Shown in pieces: positions 45,292 to 55,583 of a DNA stretch of 63,535 nt. Position numbers and translations under genes: made by a program. Numbering within the stretch: the stretch's first letter is position 1; each line of letters opens with the position of its first letter. This DNA is from Actinomycetes bacterium (GTDB taxonomy: Bacteria; Actinomycetota; Actinomycetes; Actinomycetales; Microbacteriaceae), in NCBI GenBank assembly GCA_023432005.1, contig JAEYVF010000020.1:1-63535 (forward strand), given 5' to 3'. Below the pieces are notes generated by a model. It made no database searches and was not told the origin of the DNA. It was given only the letters and a program-made list of their open reading frames with translations.

Positions 45292-46455
45292 ATGGACGCC
45301 GCCTGGCTCGTGCCCGCCGCCCTGGGCTTCGGGCTCGCGGTGGGCGTCGGCGGCACCGTCGCGGTCGTCACGGCGCACGCCCGTGGGCAGCGTGCCGCGG
45401 CGGTCGTGACGCCGAGTGTGCCCGACGGCGTCGACGACGTCATCGAGGCTCTCGAGTCCGCGGGCATCGTGCTCGACTCCTCCAACAACGTCGTCGCGAG
45501 CTCGGCGGCCGCGCACTCGCTCGGACTCGTGTGGAACCACGCGCTCGTGCACCCGGAGCTCGTCGCCCTGGTCGACCGCGTGCGCACGGATGGCGCCGCG
45601 GCGGGCGAGGAGCTCGAGCTGCCGCGCGGTCCGTTCGGAGAGGCCACCGTGCACCTTCTCGTGCGCGCCGCCCCGCTCGGCAGCCGCTTCGTGCTCGTGA
45701 TCGCCGACGACCGCACCGAGGCTCACCGCCTCGAGGATGTGCGCCGTGACTTCGTCGCCAACATCTCCCACGAGCTCAAGACCCCGATCGGCGCCGTCGG
45801 CCTGCTCGCCGAGGCTCTCGAGTCGGCAGCCGACGAGCCGGACGAGGTGCGCCGGTTCGCGAACCGTCTCACGATCGAGGCGGAGCGCCTGCGCAGTCTC
45901 ACGAACGAGATCATCGAGCTCAGCCGGCTCCAGGCCGCCGATGCCCTCGAGAACGCGGAACCCGTGAGCGTCGACTCGGTCATCGCGCAGGCTGTCGACG
46001 CCAACCGGGTCTCCGCCGAGTCGCACCGCATCGCCCTCGTCGCGCAGACCGACCCCCGCGCCATCGTGTGGGGTGACGAGGCGATGCTCGTGACCGCCGT
46101 GCACAACCTCGTGGCGAACGCCATCCAGTACTCGCCCGACGGCACGCGCGTCGGCATCGGCATCGTCCGCCGCGACGGCGCGATCGAGATCGCCGTCGCG
46201 GATCAGGGCGTCGGCATCCCCGAGGCGGAACGCGACCGCGTGTTCGAGCGCTTCTTCCGGGTCGACTCCGCGCGCAGCCGCCAGACCGGCGGCACGGGTC
46301 TCGGCCTCGCGATCGTCAAGCACATCGTGCAGAACCACGGCGGCCAGGTGCGTGTGTGGTCCCAGCAGGGACGCGGCTCGACCTTCACCATCCGCCTCCC
46401 GGAGGCCGCAGCCGCGTCCGCCGCCGAAGACCCGAGACGTGGAGCCCGTCGATGA
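45292..46455 (+). CDS. senX3: sensor histidine kinase SenX3/PhoR-like
   Basis: DFVANISHELKTP, NLVANAIQYS, GGTGLGLAIVKH. Confidence 0.88.
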   Translation: MDAAWLVPAALGFGLAVGVGGTVAVVTAHARGQRAAAVVTPSVPDGVDDVIEALESAGIVLDSSNNVVASSAAAHSLGLVWNHALVHPELVALVDRVRTDGAAAGEELELPRGPFGEATVHLLVRAAPLGSRFVLVIADDRTEAHRLEDVRRDFVANISHELKTPIGAVGLLAEALESAADEPDEVRRFANRLTIEAERLRSLTNEIIELSRLQAADALENAEPVSVDSVIAQAVDANRVSAESHRIALVAQTDPRAIVWGDEAMLVTAVHNLVANAIQYSPDGTRVGIGIVRRDGAIEIAVADQGVGIPEAERDRVFERFFRVDSARSRQTGGTGLGLAIVKHIVQNHGGQVRVWSQQGRGSTFTIRLPEAAAASAAEDPRRGARR

Positions 46456-47135
46456 CCCGCATCCTCATCGTGGAAGACGAGCCGTCGCTCGCCGAGCCGC
46501 TCGCCTTCCTGCTCGGGCGCGAGGGCTACGAGACCGCGATCGCGGGCGACGGTCGCACCGCGCTCGCGGAGTTCGACCGCCGCGGCGCCGACCTCGTGCT
46601 GCTCGACCTCATGCTGCCGGGGATCTCGGGCACCGAGGTCTGCCGCGAGCTGCGCGCACGGTCGAGCGTGCCGATCATCATGCTCACGGCGAAGGACTCG
46701 GAGGTCGACATCGTCGTGGGCCTCGAGCTCGGAGCAGACGACTACGTCACGAAGCCGTATTCCAGCCGCGAGCTGCTCGCCCGCATCCGCGCCGTCCTGC
46801 GGCGCCACGTGGAGGAGACGGATGAGGCCCCCGAGCCCCTGCTCGAGGTCGGCCCCGTGCGCATGGACATCGAGCGCCACACCGTGGCCGTCGACGGCCG
46901 CGAGGTGCCCATGCCGCTGAAGGAGTTCGAGCTGCTCGAGTACTTCATGCGGAACGCCGGCCGGGTGCTCACGCGCGGCCAGCTCATCGACCGGGTCTGG
47001 GGCGCCGACTACTTCGGCGACACGAAGACGCTCGATGTGCACGTCAAGCGCATCCGCGCGAAGATCGAACCCGATCCGGGCAACCCGCGTCGGCTCGTCA
47101 CGGTGCGAGGCCTCGGCTACCGCCTCGAGGACTGA
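46452..47135 (+). CDS. regX3: response regulator RegX3/PhoP-like
   Basis: LLDLMLPG, GADDYVTKPYS, VWGADYFGDTKTLDVHVKR. Confidence 0.9.
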   Translation: MTRILIVEDEPSLAEPLAFLLGREGYETAIAGDGRTALAEFDRRGADLVLLDLMLPGISGTEVCRELRARSSVPIIMLTAKDSEVDIVVGLELGADDYVTKPYSSRELLARIRAVLRRHVEETDEAPEPLLEVGPVRMDIERHTVAVDGREVPMPLKEFELLEYFMRNAGRVLTRGQLIDRVWGADYFGDTKTLDVHVKRIRAKIEPDPGNPRRLVTVRGLGYRLED

Positions 47136-47150
47136 GGCGCGGCTGCGAGG

Positions 47151-47672
47151 TCAGCCCTGGGGCGTCGCCGAGGGGCTCGGGGTGCCGCTCGGGGTCGGCG
47201 TCGGGGTCGGGGTCGGCAGCGCGTCCTCGTACTCGACGAGCGTCGCGTCGAGCACCGGGATGCGGAGCTCCCTCTGGTCGCTGCTGATGTGCACGACCGC
47301 GTCGAGCAGCGAGCCGGCGATCGCGCCGAGCGGCTCGAGGGTGACCTGGTCGCCCGAGAAGCCGAAGTCGGTGCGTCCGTTGCCGGCGGCGGTGAGCTCG
47401 ACCTCGTAGTACTCGCCGTCGACGTTCCACTGCACGGTGAAGTCGATGTCGGAGCCGGTCGTGTTGACGGCCGTGCCGATGAGGTTGCCGAGCTCGCCGT
47501 CCTCCGTGACGACGAGCACGTTGCGCAGCTCGAGGTCGCCGAGACTGAGGCTCACGCCGTCGCTCGGGTCGTACTCGCGGCCGGTCTCGGGCTGCTGCCA
47601 GAGCGCGCAGCCGCTCAGGCCGACGACGAGCGCGGCGCTCAGGGCGATGGCGGCCACAGCACGTGCTCTCAC
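47151..47672 (-). CDS. lipoprotein (LpqE-like position, divergent from carD)
   Basis: Lipobox LSGC; PT-rich C-terminal tail. Confidence 0.72.
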   Translation of the reverse strand: MRARAVAAIALSAALVVGLSGCALWQQPETGREYDPSDGVSLSLGDLELRNVLVVTEDGELGNLIGTAVNTTGSDIDFTVQWNVDGEYYEVELTAAGNGRTDFGFSGDQVTLEPLGAIAGSLLDAVVHISSDQRELRIPVLDATLVEYEDALPTPTPTPTPSGTPSPSATPQG

Positions 47673-47800
47673 GGGGATCCTCCAGGCATAGACGACAAGC
47701 CCTGCCAGCCTACCGGTACGCGCGAGCGGCGGATGCCGTCGCCCCCGGCCGGGGGACGTTCCCTGTGATAAAATGAGAGGTCTGCGGAAGGAATAACTCC

Positions 47801-48283
47801 ATGCTCTTCGAGGTCGGCGAAACCGTCGTTTACCCCCATCACGGTGCGGCAACCATCATCGAGGTGAAGGACAGGGTCATCAAGGGTGAGACCAAGAAGT
47901 ACCTGAAGCTCAACGTCACCCAGGGCGACCTGGTCATCGAGGTCCCCGCCGAGAACGTCGACCTCGTCGGCGTCCGCGACGTCATCGGCAAGGAAGGCCT
48001 CGACAAGGTCTTCGAGGTGCTGCGCGCCCCCTTCACCGAGGAGCCCACGAACTGGAGCCGCCGCTACAAGGCGAACCTCGAGAAGCTCGCCTCCGGCGAT
48101 GTCATCAAGGTCTCCGAGGTCGTCCGCGACCTGTGGCGTCGCGACCAGGACCGCGGCCTCTCGGCCGGCGAGAAGCGCATGCTCGCGAAGGCACGTCAGA
48201 TCCTCATCTCCGAGCTCGCGCTCGCCGAGAAGACCGACGAGGAGAAGGCGTCCACCGTCCTCGACGAGGTTCTCGCGTCCTGA
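47801..48283 (+). CDS. carD: CarD RNA polymerase-binding regulator
   Basis: [33 protein letters not shown]. Confidence 0.96.
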   Translation: MLFEVGETVVYPHHGAATIIEVKDRVIKGETKKYLKLNVTQGDLVIEVPAENVDLVGVRDVIGKEGLDKVFEVLRAPFTEEPTNWSRRYKANLEKLASGDVIKVSEVVRDLWRRDQDRGLSAGEKRMLAKARQILISELALAEKTDEEKASTVLDEVLAS

Positions 48284-48327
48284 TCCCCGACGGTCGCGAC
48301 GGGCTCGTCGCGCCGTAGGCTCGAGGC

Positions 48328-49497
48328 ATGAGCCTCGCCCCGGATGCCGCGCGCCTCGCGATCGTCGTCGTCGCCGCCGGGAGCGGCACGCGCCTCGGCG
48401 AGGACGTCCCCAAGGCGTTCGTCGAGCTCGGCGGTCGCACGATCCTCGAGCACGCCCTCCACGGCGTCTTCGGCGCCACGCATCCCGCCCAGGTGATCGT
48501 CGTCGCGCCCGCGTCGCTCGTGTCGCGCGCTCGAACGCTGGGGGAGCGCGTCGCGGGGGCGGCATCCGGCTATCTCACGGTCGTCGCCGGCGGTGACAGC
48601 CGCCAGGCCTCGGTCGCAGCGGGGCTCGCCGCGCTGCAGCCGAGCGTCGAGGCCGTGCTCGTGCACGACGCCGCACGCGCGCTCGCGCCGAGCGTCCTCA
48701 TCGACCGCGTCGCAACGGCCGCGCTCGCCGGGGGAGCGAGGGGTGTCGTGCCCGCACTGCCCGTCGTCGACACCGTCAAGCGCGTCGAGGGCGAGCGCGT
48801 GCTCGAGACCGTCGACCGCAGCGACCTCGTTCACGTGCAGACGCCGCAGGGGTTCCCGCGCGCCGAGCTCGTCGCCGCCTACGCCGCCGCGCACGACGAG
48901 CACACCGACGACGCGGCGCTCTACGCCGGGGCCGGCCACGAGGTCGTCACGGTGCCCGGCGAGCCGCGCGCGTTCAAGATCACGACCCCGTGGGACCTGC
49001 GCCGGGCCGAGCTGCTGCTGTCGGCCGGCACGCGCATCCGCACGGGCGTCGGCATCGACGTGCACGGCTACGACGAGAACCAGCCCATGTGGCTCGGCGG
49101 CGTCTACTTCCCCGACGAGCCGGGCCTCGCGGGCCACTCCGACGGCGACGCCGTCATCCACGCGATGTGCGACGCACTGCTCTCGGCCGCCGGGCTCGGC
49201 GACATCGGGTCGCGCTTCGGCACCTCCGCCGAGGAGTACGCGGGCGCGGCGAGCGAGGTCTTCCTGCGCGAGACGCTCGCGCTCGTGCGCGGCGCCGGCT
49301 ACCGCGTCGGCAACGTCGCCGTGCAGGTCATCGCCAAGCGGCCGCGGCTCGCGGCCCGCCGCATGGAGCTCGAGCAGCACCTCGGCGAGCTCATCGAGGC
49401 GCCCGTGAGCGTCGCGGCCACGACATCCGACGGCCTCGGGTTCACGGGGCGCGGCGACGGCCTCATGGCGGTCGCGACCGCGCTCGTCACGCGCTGA
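48328..49497 (+). CDS. ispDF: bifunctional IspD/IspF
   Basis: AAGSGTRLG..PKAF, VHDAAR, QTPQGF; GIDVH, GHSDGD, TTSDGLGFTGRG. Confidence 0.94.
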   Translation: MSLAPDAARLAIVVVAAGSGTRLGEDVPKAFVELGGRTILEHALHGVFGATHPAQVIVVAPASLVSRARTLGERVAGAASGYLTVVAGGDSRQASVAAGLAALQPSVEAVLVHDAARALAPSVLIDRVATAALAGGARGVVPALPVVDTVKRVEGERVLETVDRSDLVHVQTPQGFPRAELVAAYAAAHDEHTDDAALYAGAGHEVVTVPGEPRAFKITTPWDLRRAELLLSAGTRIRTGVGIDVHGYDENQPMWLGGVYFPDEPGLAGHSDGDAVIHAMCDALLSAAGLGDIGSRFGTSAEEYAGAASEVFLRETLALVRGAGYRVGNVAVQVIAKRPRLAARRMELEQHLGELIEAPVSVAATTSDGLGFTGRGDGLMAVATALVTR

Positions 49498-49510
49498 CCC
49501 GGAAACGGGA

Positions 49511-49551
49511 CCGCCCGCCCGATCCCGGGTGCGCCGGGGATCGAGCGGGCG
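49511..49551. terminator. hairpin between convergent ispDF and htaA
   Basis: CCGCCCGCCCGATCCCGG...CCGGGATCGAGCGGGCGG. Confidence 0.65.
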
Positions 49552-49566
49552 GAACCGTGCAGTGCG

Positions 49567-52422
49567 TCAGGCCGTGCGGCGGCGCACCAGGATCACGACG
49601 AGCGCGACGATGATCGCGGCCGCGAGGAGCGCGATCAGCACGGTCGCCCAGACGGGCCAGCCGGCATCCGAGGCGGGATCGGCCTCGACATCCGACTCGC
49701 TCGGCGTGGCCTCGGGCGTCTCCAGGGGCTCGCCGCACTCGGCGTCGACGGTCGCGACGATCGTGAGCGGATCGAGCGCCTCACCGGCCGGGTAGGTGCC
49801 GAAGGCGGCCGATCCCGACTCGGTGAGCGTCGCCGGCACCGCGGTCCACGTGAGGGTGTCGCCGTCGCGCGCCACCGTGGCATCCGTGAGATCGAGCTCG
49901 CCGAACTCGACGTCGGCCTGGTCGACCGCCTCACCGGTCTGGGTCGTGCCGTGGATGTCGACGATCAGCAGCGCGCTGTCGTCGTCGATCACGATGCGCG
50001 GGTTCTCGACCGTCGTGTCGAGGATGCCGCCGTGGCCCGTGAAGCGGATGCCGCCCGCGAACGCGAGATCGAGCGCCTCCTCGCCGTCGGTCGATCCCGT
50101 GCCGCCGACCCACGTGAAGTCGGGCGTCGCGTAGCTCACGTCGTCGCCGACGGTCGTCCACTCGCCGTTCGCGATCGAACCGTCGATGTAGGCGCGGAAG
50201 CTCTCCTTGAAGCCCCACACGAGCGTCGCGTCGTCGACCGTGCACTGCAGCGCGGCGAGGGCGCGCACGGCGTCGAGCTCGAGCACGGCCCCGCGGGCGA
50301 CCGAGCCCTGGAAGGTGAGCGTGTGCGTGCCGGTGAGCCCCTGCGGGAGCTTGCCGGTCCAGGTGGCGACGCCGTTCGCATCCGCCGTGACGTTCTGCGC
50401 GAGCACCGTCGGCGTCGAGTAGATGACGACTCGGATGCCCGACTCGTTCGGCTGGAAGCCGCTCGCGGTCGCGCTCACACTGCCGCCGGGCTGCACGTCG
50501 CCCGAGACGTCGAGGCCCTCGGTGGCCGGCGGGGTCGCCGGGATGGGGTTCCGCACGGCGGCGGACGCGACCGTCACGGTTCCGCCCGTGACCGCGCCCT
50601 TCGCGCCGATCGTGAACGACACCGGGTCGAGCGCCTCGCCCGCGCCATAGAAGCCGCGGAACGCGACCGCGCCGGCGGCCGTGAGCGTCGCGGGCACGTT
50701 GCCGTAGCGCACCGAGCCGTCGGTGCCGACCGTGCGCGACGCCGAGCCGAGCGCGAGGTTCGCGAAGGCGACCGTCGAGCCGTTGACCGTCACGAGGAGC
50801 GTGCCGCTCGTGGCCGAGTCGATGCGCACCTGCGGGTTCGAGAAGCGCAGGTCGAGCTCGCCGTGGTGGCCGGTGAAGCGCACCGTGCCGCCGTACGAGA
50901 CCGTTCCGACGCCGTTCGCGAGCGCCGCATCCGAGGTCTGCGGGAACACGAACGCGTTGCCGAACGTCGACGCCCCGGTCGTGATGATGGATCCGGATGC
51001 GATGGGTCCCGTCACGTAGGCGCGCCACGCGCCCTTGACGCCCCAGCTGAGCGATCCCGTGGTGACGGGGGTGACGGTGCCGGGATCCTCGGGCTGCTGC
51101 GGCGGCGTCGACGAGCCGACGACGGCATCCCACTGGGCGGGTGAGACGGTGACGTCGGCGCGCGCGTAGATGGTGTCGGCGCCGGGCATCGTCTCCTTCT
51201 GCCACACGATGACCTCGTACTGCTTCGTGCGGTCGAGCTTGTCGGCGGCGGCCGTGAGGCTCTGGTCGAACGCGCCGTTCACGAAGACGCCCGGCGTGGC
51301 CCAGTAGCCGAAGGCCGCGTAGCCGCCGTCGCGGCCGACGTTCGCCTCGGTGCCCTTCTCGATGAGCGCGGCGTAGGCGCCCGTCACGTCGCCGAAGCTC
51401 GCGCCCTGAACGCGGACGGTGAGTCCGCTCGCGGCTGAAGCCGAGGTGACCGCGGTGGTGATCGCCGGGCTCGCGGCCGGGGCCGGGAAGGCGAGGGGCA
51501 CGAACTGGTCGTAGGTGTAGGTGGCGTTGACGCCGGACCCGGAGTTGTGGTCGGGGCGCACGAAGATGCCGCACGTGACGCCGCCGTCGCTGGCGGGGGT
51601 CGCGGCGACGCACTCGGTGGTGCTCCAGGCGGCGACGGGGGTGAACTGAAGGCTGAAGGTCCAGACGCCGTCGGTGACGGTGCCCGCGTTGGTCGAGCCG
51701 GGGACGCCGGCGACGCCGGGCTGGATGACCCACTTCTGGGCGGAGCTGAGGCACGCGGGGCCCGTGGGGCGGCCGGTGGAGCCGGTGCCGGGGGCGCCGG
51801 CGGGCTCGACGCAGTTCATGAGGTAGAGACCCATGGTCTGGGTGGAGCCGTTGGTCGCGGTGTAGGTGGCCGGGAAGGTGCCGTTCACCGTCACGTAGCC
51901 CTCGGTCGCGAGGGTCGACTGGTCCACCGTGATGCCGTAATCGGGCGCGGGGACGGGCTCGGGCTCCGGGGCGGGCGGGAACACGGCATCCCACTGACCC
52001 GAGGTCACGGCGACGTCCGTTCGCGCGATGATCGTGTCGGCGTTCGGGTTGGTCTGGTGCTGCCAGAGGATGACCTCGTAGAGCTTCGCGCGGTCGAGCT
52101 TGTCGGCGCTGATGTCGATGATCGACTCGATGCCGCCGTTCTGGATGCCCGCCCAGTAGGCGAAGCCGACGTAGCCCGAGCGGCCCGTGACCCCGGCCTC
52201 GGTGCCCTTCTCGATGATGGCGAGGTAGCCGCCCTCGGGCGCGATGCCCGAGCCGACGACGCGCACGCTGAGCCCGCTGGCCTGCGAGGCCGCGGTCACC
52301 TCCGCGCTGAGCGAGGGGCCCGCCTCGGCGGATGCCGGGGTCGCGGTGAAGACGCTCGCGAGGGCGAGCAGCAGGGCGATCCAGGGCGCGCGTGAGCGCG
52401 CGCGGGCAGGCGCGTACGACAA
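49567..52422 (-). CDS. HtaA-domain heme-binding surface protein
   Basis: Two HtaA domains (LSWGVKGAWRAYV...FTGHHGELDL; LVWGFKESFRAYI...FTGHGGILD), signal peptide, C-terminal TM + RRR. Confidence 0.85.
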   Translation of the reverse strand: MSYAPARARSRAPWIALLLALASVFTATPASAEAGPSLSAEVTAASQASGLSVRVVGSGIAPEGGYLAIIEKGTEAGVTGRSGYVGFAYWAGIQNGGIESIIDISADKLDRAKLYEVILWQHQTNPNADTIIARTDVAVTSGQWDAVFPPAPEPEPVPAPDYGITVDQSTLATEGYVTVNGTFPATYTATNGSTQTMGLYLMNCVEPAGAPGTGSTGRPTGPACLSSAQKWVIQPGVAGVPGSTNAGTVTDGVWTFSLQFTPVAAWSTTECVAATPASDGGVTCGIFVRPDHNSGSGVNATYTYDQFVPLAFPAPAASPAITTAVTSASAASGLTVRVQGASFGDVTGAYAALIEKGTEANVGRDGGYAAFGYWATPGVFVNGAFDQSLTAAADKLDRTKQYEVIVWQKETMPGADTIYARADVTVSPAQWDAVVGSSTPPQQPEDPGTVTPVTTGSLSWGVKGAWRAYVTGPIASGSIITTGASTFGNAFVFPQTSDAALANGVGTVSYGGTVRFTGHHGELDLRFSNPQVRIDSATSGTLLVTVNGSTVAFANLALGSASRTVGTDGSVRYGNVPATLTAAGAVAFRGFYGAGEALDPVSFTIGAKGAVTGGTVTVASAAVRNPIPATPPATEGLDVSGDVQPGGSVSATASGFQPNESGIRVVIYSTPTVLAQNVTADANGVATWTGKLPQGLTGTHTLTFQGSVARGAVLELDAVRALAALQCTVDDATLVWGFKESFRAYIDGSIANGEWTTVGDDVSYATPDFTWVGGTGSTDGEEALDLAFAGGIRFTGHGGILDTTVENPRIVIDDDSALLIVDIHGTTQTGEAVDQADVEFGELDLTDATVARDGDTLTWTAVPATLTESGSAAFGTYPAGEALDPLTIVATVDAECGEPLETPEATPSESDVEADPASDAGWPVWATVLIALLAAAIIVALVVILVRRRTA

Positions 52423-52481
52423 GGAGTGACTCCGTGGGTTTGGGTGTTGTTCGGGTCCGCGACGCGCACCATCGCGAAGAC

Positions 52482-52500
52482 TCAGGTAAGGCTTACCTTA
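52482..52500. promoter_or_regulatory. DtxR/IdeR iron box
   Basis: TCAGGTAAGGCTTACCTTA versus consensus TTAGGTTAGCCTAACCTAA, upstream of the HtaA gene. Confidence 0.82.
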
Positions 52501-52577
52501 GTCACTTCTGTTGACATTGTCGAACCCACCCTCGACGGGCCGGGGTCTCGCGCGCATCCCGCCGGTAAACTCGGCGG

Positions 52578-53990
52578 GTGACGATCCGCCTCTACGACAG
52601 CCGCACCCAGGGGCTCCGCGACTTCGAGCCGCTCGAGCCCGGCAAGGTCGGCATGTACGTGTGCGGACCCACGGTGCAGTCCTCGCCCCACGTGGGGCAC
52701 CTTCGCTCGGCCCTCGCCTACGACCTGTGGCGCCGCTGGTTCGCGTACCGCGGCTACGACGTCACCTTCGTGCGCAACGTCACCGACATCGAGGACAAGG
52801 TGCTCGCGAACGCCTCCGAGCACGAGCCGTGGTGGGCCGTCGCCTACCGCGTCGAGCTCGAGTTCACCGCGGGCTACCGGGCCATCGGCATCCTGCCCCC
52901 CACGTACGAGCCGCGCGCGACCGCGAGCATCCCGCAGATGCAGGAGCTCATCGACACGCTCATCGAGCGCGGCCACGCCTACGTCGCCGACGACGGCACG
53001 GGCGACGTCTACTTCGACGTGCGCACGTGGGCCGACTACGGCGCGCTCACCCGCCAGAAGCTCGACGACATGGCCGACTCGCCGGATGCCGCCACGCGCG
53101 GCAAGCGCGACCCGCGCGACTTCGCGCTGTGGAAGGGCTCGAAGCCCGAGGAGCCGGCGGATGCGTCGTGGAACTCCCCGTGGGGAGCCGGTCGCCCCGG
53201 CTGGCACATCGAGTGCTCGGCGATGTCGAAGCGCTACCTCGGCGCCGAGTTCGACATCCACGGCGGCGGCCTCGACCTGCGCTTCCCGCACCACGAGAAC
53301 GAGCTCGCCCAGTCGAGCGCCGCGGGCGACGGCTTCGCGCGCTACTGGGTGCACAACGGCATCGTCATGGTCGAGGGTCAGAAGATGTCGAAGTCGCTCG
53401 GCAACTCCATCTACGCGGCCGAGTTCCTCGCGCTCGCGCCGCCGGTCGTCGTGCGCTACTACCTCGCGAGCGCGCACTACCGCTCGGCCATCGACTACCA
53501 CCCCGGCGCGTTGGAGGAGGCCGAGGCGGCCCTCGACCGCATCCGCGGCTTCCTCGAGCGGGCCGAGCGCGCGCTCGAGTCCGCCCAGGTCGCGGGGCCC
53601 GGCGACGGCCGCGTGCCCGACGCCTTCGCGGAGGCGATGGACGACGACCTCGGAGTGCCGCAGGCGATCGGCGTGCTGCACGAGACCGTGCGCGCCGGCA
53701 ACGTCGCCCTCGACGCGGGCGATTTCGAGCAGGTCGCCGTCGCGCGCGAGCGCGTGAAGGCGATGGCGGGGGTGCTGGGGGTCGACCCGACCTCGCCCGA
53801 GTGGGCTGCGCCCGCATCCGGTGCCGCGGAGACCGCGCTCGGCGCGCTCGTGGAGAAGCTGCTCGCCGACCGGGCCGCCGCCCGAGCCGCGAAGGACTTC
53901 GCGTCGGCCGACCGCATCCGCGAGGAGCTCGCGACGGCGGGCATCGCGATCGACGACACCCCCGACGGGGCGCGCTGGAGCCTCGCATGA
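52578..53990 (+). CDS. cysS: cysteine--tRNA ligase
   Basis: [29 protein letters not shown]. Confidence 0.97.
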   Translation: MTIRLYDSRTQGLRDFEPLEPGKVGMYVCGPTVQSSPHVGHLRSALAYDLWRRWFAYRGYDVTFVRNVTDIEDKVLANASEHEPWWAVAYRVELEFTAGYRAIGILPPTYEPRATASIPQMQELIDTLIERGHAYVADDGTGDVYFDVRTWADYGALTRQKLDDMADSPDAATRGKRDPRDFALWKGSKPEEPADASWNSPWGAGRPGWHIECSAMSKRYLGAEFDIHGGGLDLRFPHHENELAQSSAAGDGFARYWVHNGIVMVEGQKMSKSLGNSIYAAEFLALAPPVVVRYYLASAHYRSAIDYHPGALEEAEAALDRIRGFLERAERALESAQVAGPGDGRVPDAFAEAMDDDLGVPQAIGVLHETVRAGNVALDAGDFEQVAVARERVKAMAGVLGVDPTSPEWAAPASGAAETALGALVEKLLADRAAARAAKDFASADRIREELATAGIAIDDTPDGARWSLA

Positions 53991-54027
53991 TTTCCACCGA
54001 CCACATGACGACGCAGGGGAGCTGCTG

Positions 54028-55011
54028 ATGGCCAAGCCGGGACGCCCGGGGGCGCGCAAGAGCAAGAAGGGCGCGACCACCGGAACGGGAGGCCACGGGC
54101 GCAAGGCGCTCGAGGGCAAGGGCCCCACGCCGAAGGCGGAGGACCGCAGCTGGCACGTCGCCGGCAAGCGCAAGGCGGCGAAGGAGCGGCTCGACGCCGC
54201 ACGCGCCCGCGCCGGGAAGACGGATGCGCCCGCCAGGCGCGCGCCGCGCCCCAAGAAGGCGGACGAGGGCGAGCTCGTCACGGGCCGCAACTCGGTCGTC
54301 GAGGCGCTGCGCGCGAAGATCCCCGCGACGACGCTCTACGTCGCCGCACGCGTCGAGATGGACGACCGCGTCAAGGAGGCGCTGTCGATCGCGACGAAGC
54401 GCGGCATCCCCGTGCTCGAGGTCATGCGCCCCGAGCTCGACCGCATGAGCGGCCACGACGCCGTGCACCAGGGCCTCGCGCTCAAGGTGCCGCCGTACGA
54501 GTACGCCCACCCCTTCGACCTCGTCGAGCGCGCGCACGAGACGGGCCGCCCGCCGCTCATCGTCGCCCTCGACGGCGTGACCGACCCCCGCAACCTGGGC
54601 GCCATCATCCGCTCGGCGGGCGCGTTCGGCGCCCACGGCGTGATCGTGCCGCAGCGTCGCTCGGTGGGCATGACGGCGTCGGCGTGGAAGACCTCGGCGG
54701 GTGCCGCGGTGCGCGTGCCCGTGGCGATGGCCGCGAACCTCACGCAGACGCTGCAGGCGCTCAAGAAGGAGGGCCTCTTCGTGCTCGGCCTCGACGGCGG
54801 GGGCGACACCTCGCTGCCGGGCATCTCGTTCGCGGATCGGCCGATCGTGATCGTCGTCGGCTCGGAGGGCAAGGGCCTCTCGCGCCTCGTCACGGAGAAC
54901 TGCGACGCGATCGTCTCGATCCCGATCTCGTCCGATACGGAGTCGCTCAACGCGGGCATCGCCGTGTCGGTCGCCCTCTACGAGGTCGCGAAGCTCCGCG
55001 CCGACGCCTGA
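54028..55011 (+). CDS. rlmB: 23S rRNA Gm2251 methyltransferase
   Basis: GRNSVVEAL, HQG, DPRNLGAIIRS, GSEGKG, ESLNA. Confidence 0.93.
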   Translation: MAKPGRPGARKSKKGATTGTGGHGRKALEGKGPTPKAEDRSWHVAGKRKAAKERLDAARARAGKTDAPARRAPRPKKADEGELVTGRNSVVEALRAKIPATTLYVAARVEMDDRVKEALSIATKRGIPVLEVMRPELDRMSGHDAVHQGLALKVPPYEYAHPFDLVERAHETGRPPLIVALDGVTDPRNLGAIIRSAGAFGAHGVIVPQRRSVGMTASAWKTSAGAAVRVPVAMAANLTQTLQALKKEGLFVLGLDGGGDTSLPGISFADRPIVIVVGSEGKGLSRLVTENCDAIVSIPISSDTESLNAGIAVSVALYEVAKLRADA

Positions 55012-55017
55012 CCCGCC

Positions 55018-55081
55018 ATAGTTCCCGTTCCGCGTGTTCGCACCCGTTCGTTCGGCGACTAACGCGCGGAACGGGAACTAT
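55018..55081. repeat. long-loop palindrome between convergent genes
   Basis: ATAGTTCCCGTTCCGCG...CGCGGAACGGGAACTAT, 17-bp perfect arms. Confidence 0.7.
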
Positions 55082-55548
55082 CGGGAGGCGAGGTAGCGCC
55101 GCACGGCCTCCGCGGTCGTCGCGTGGTCGACGACGTCGGGCTCCCCCGAGGTCGTGATCGTGCCGACGACCTCGCCGGCCACGCGGATGGGGATCGAGCC
55201 GCCGTGCGCGCGCAGGAGCTCGTGGTCGACATCCGTCCGCTCCTCGAACGGGGTGCCCGCCTCCGCGTGACGCAGCTTCACGAGGAGCGACGGCTCGCCG
55301 AAGCGCTCCGCGACGGCGGCCTTGCCCGCGAGCCAGGGGTCGTTCCCGGGGCCCGTCGTGCCGAGCTTCGCCTGGAACACCACGTCGCCGCGCAGCACGA
55401 TGCGCACGGCGAGGTTGAGCCCGCGCTCGTCGATCACCTCGAGGGCCGCGAGGCCCAGGTCGACGGCGTCGTCGTTGTCGAACGACTCGACGTCGAACGC
55501 GTCCTCGCGCTCGAGGTCGGCGACGGTGTACTCGGGGAGCTCGGCCAT
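55078..55548 (-). CDS. GlcG/HbpS-like heme-binding protein (UPF0303-like)
   Basis: NDPWLAGK, AHGGSIPIRV.GEVVG....SG....DH. Confidence 0.75.
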   Translation of the reverse strand: MAELPEYTVADLEREDAFDVESFDNDDAVDLGLAALEVIDERGLNLAVRIVLRGDVVFQAKLGTTGPGNDPWLAGKAAVAERFGEPSLLVKLRHAEAGTPFEERTDVDHELLRAHGGSIPIRVAGEVVGTITTSGEPDVVDHATTAEAVRRYLASR

Positions 55549-55583
55549 GTCGGCAGACTATCGCCGCGCGCGTGCACGCCGCG

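Noticed and set aside
47160..47220. GGGGTC/GGGGTCGGC short tandem repeats
   Set aside because: They encode the PTPTPT linker of the lipoprotein; ordinary low-complexity coding sequence.
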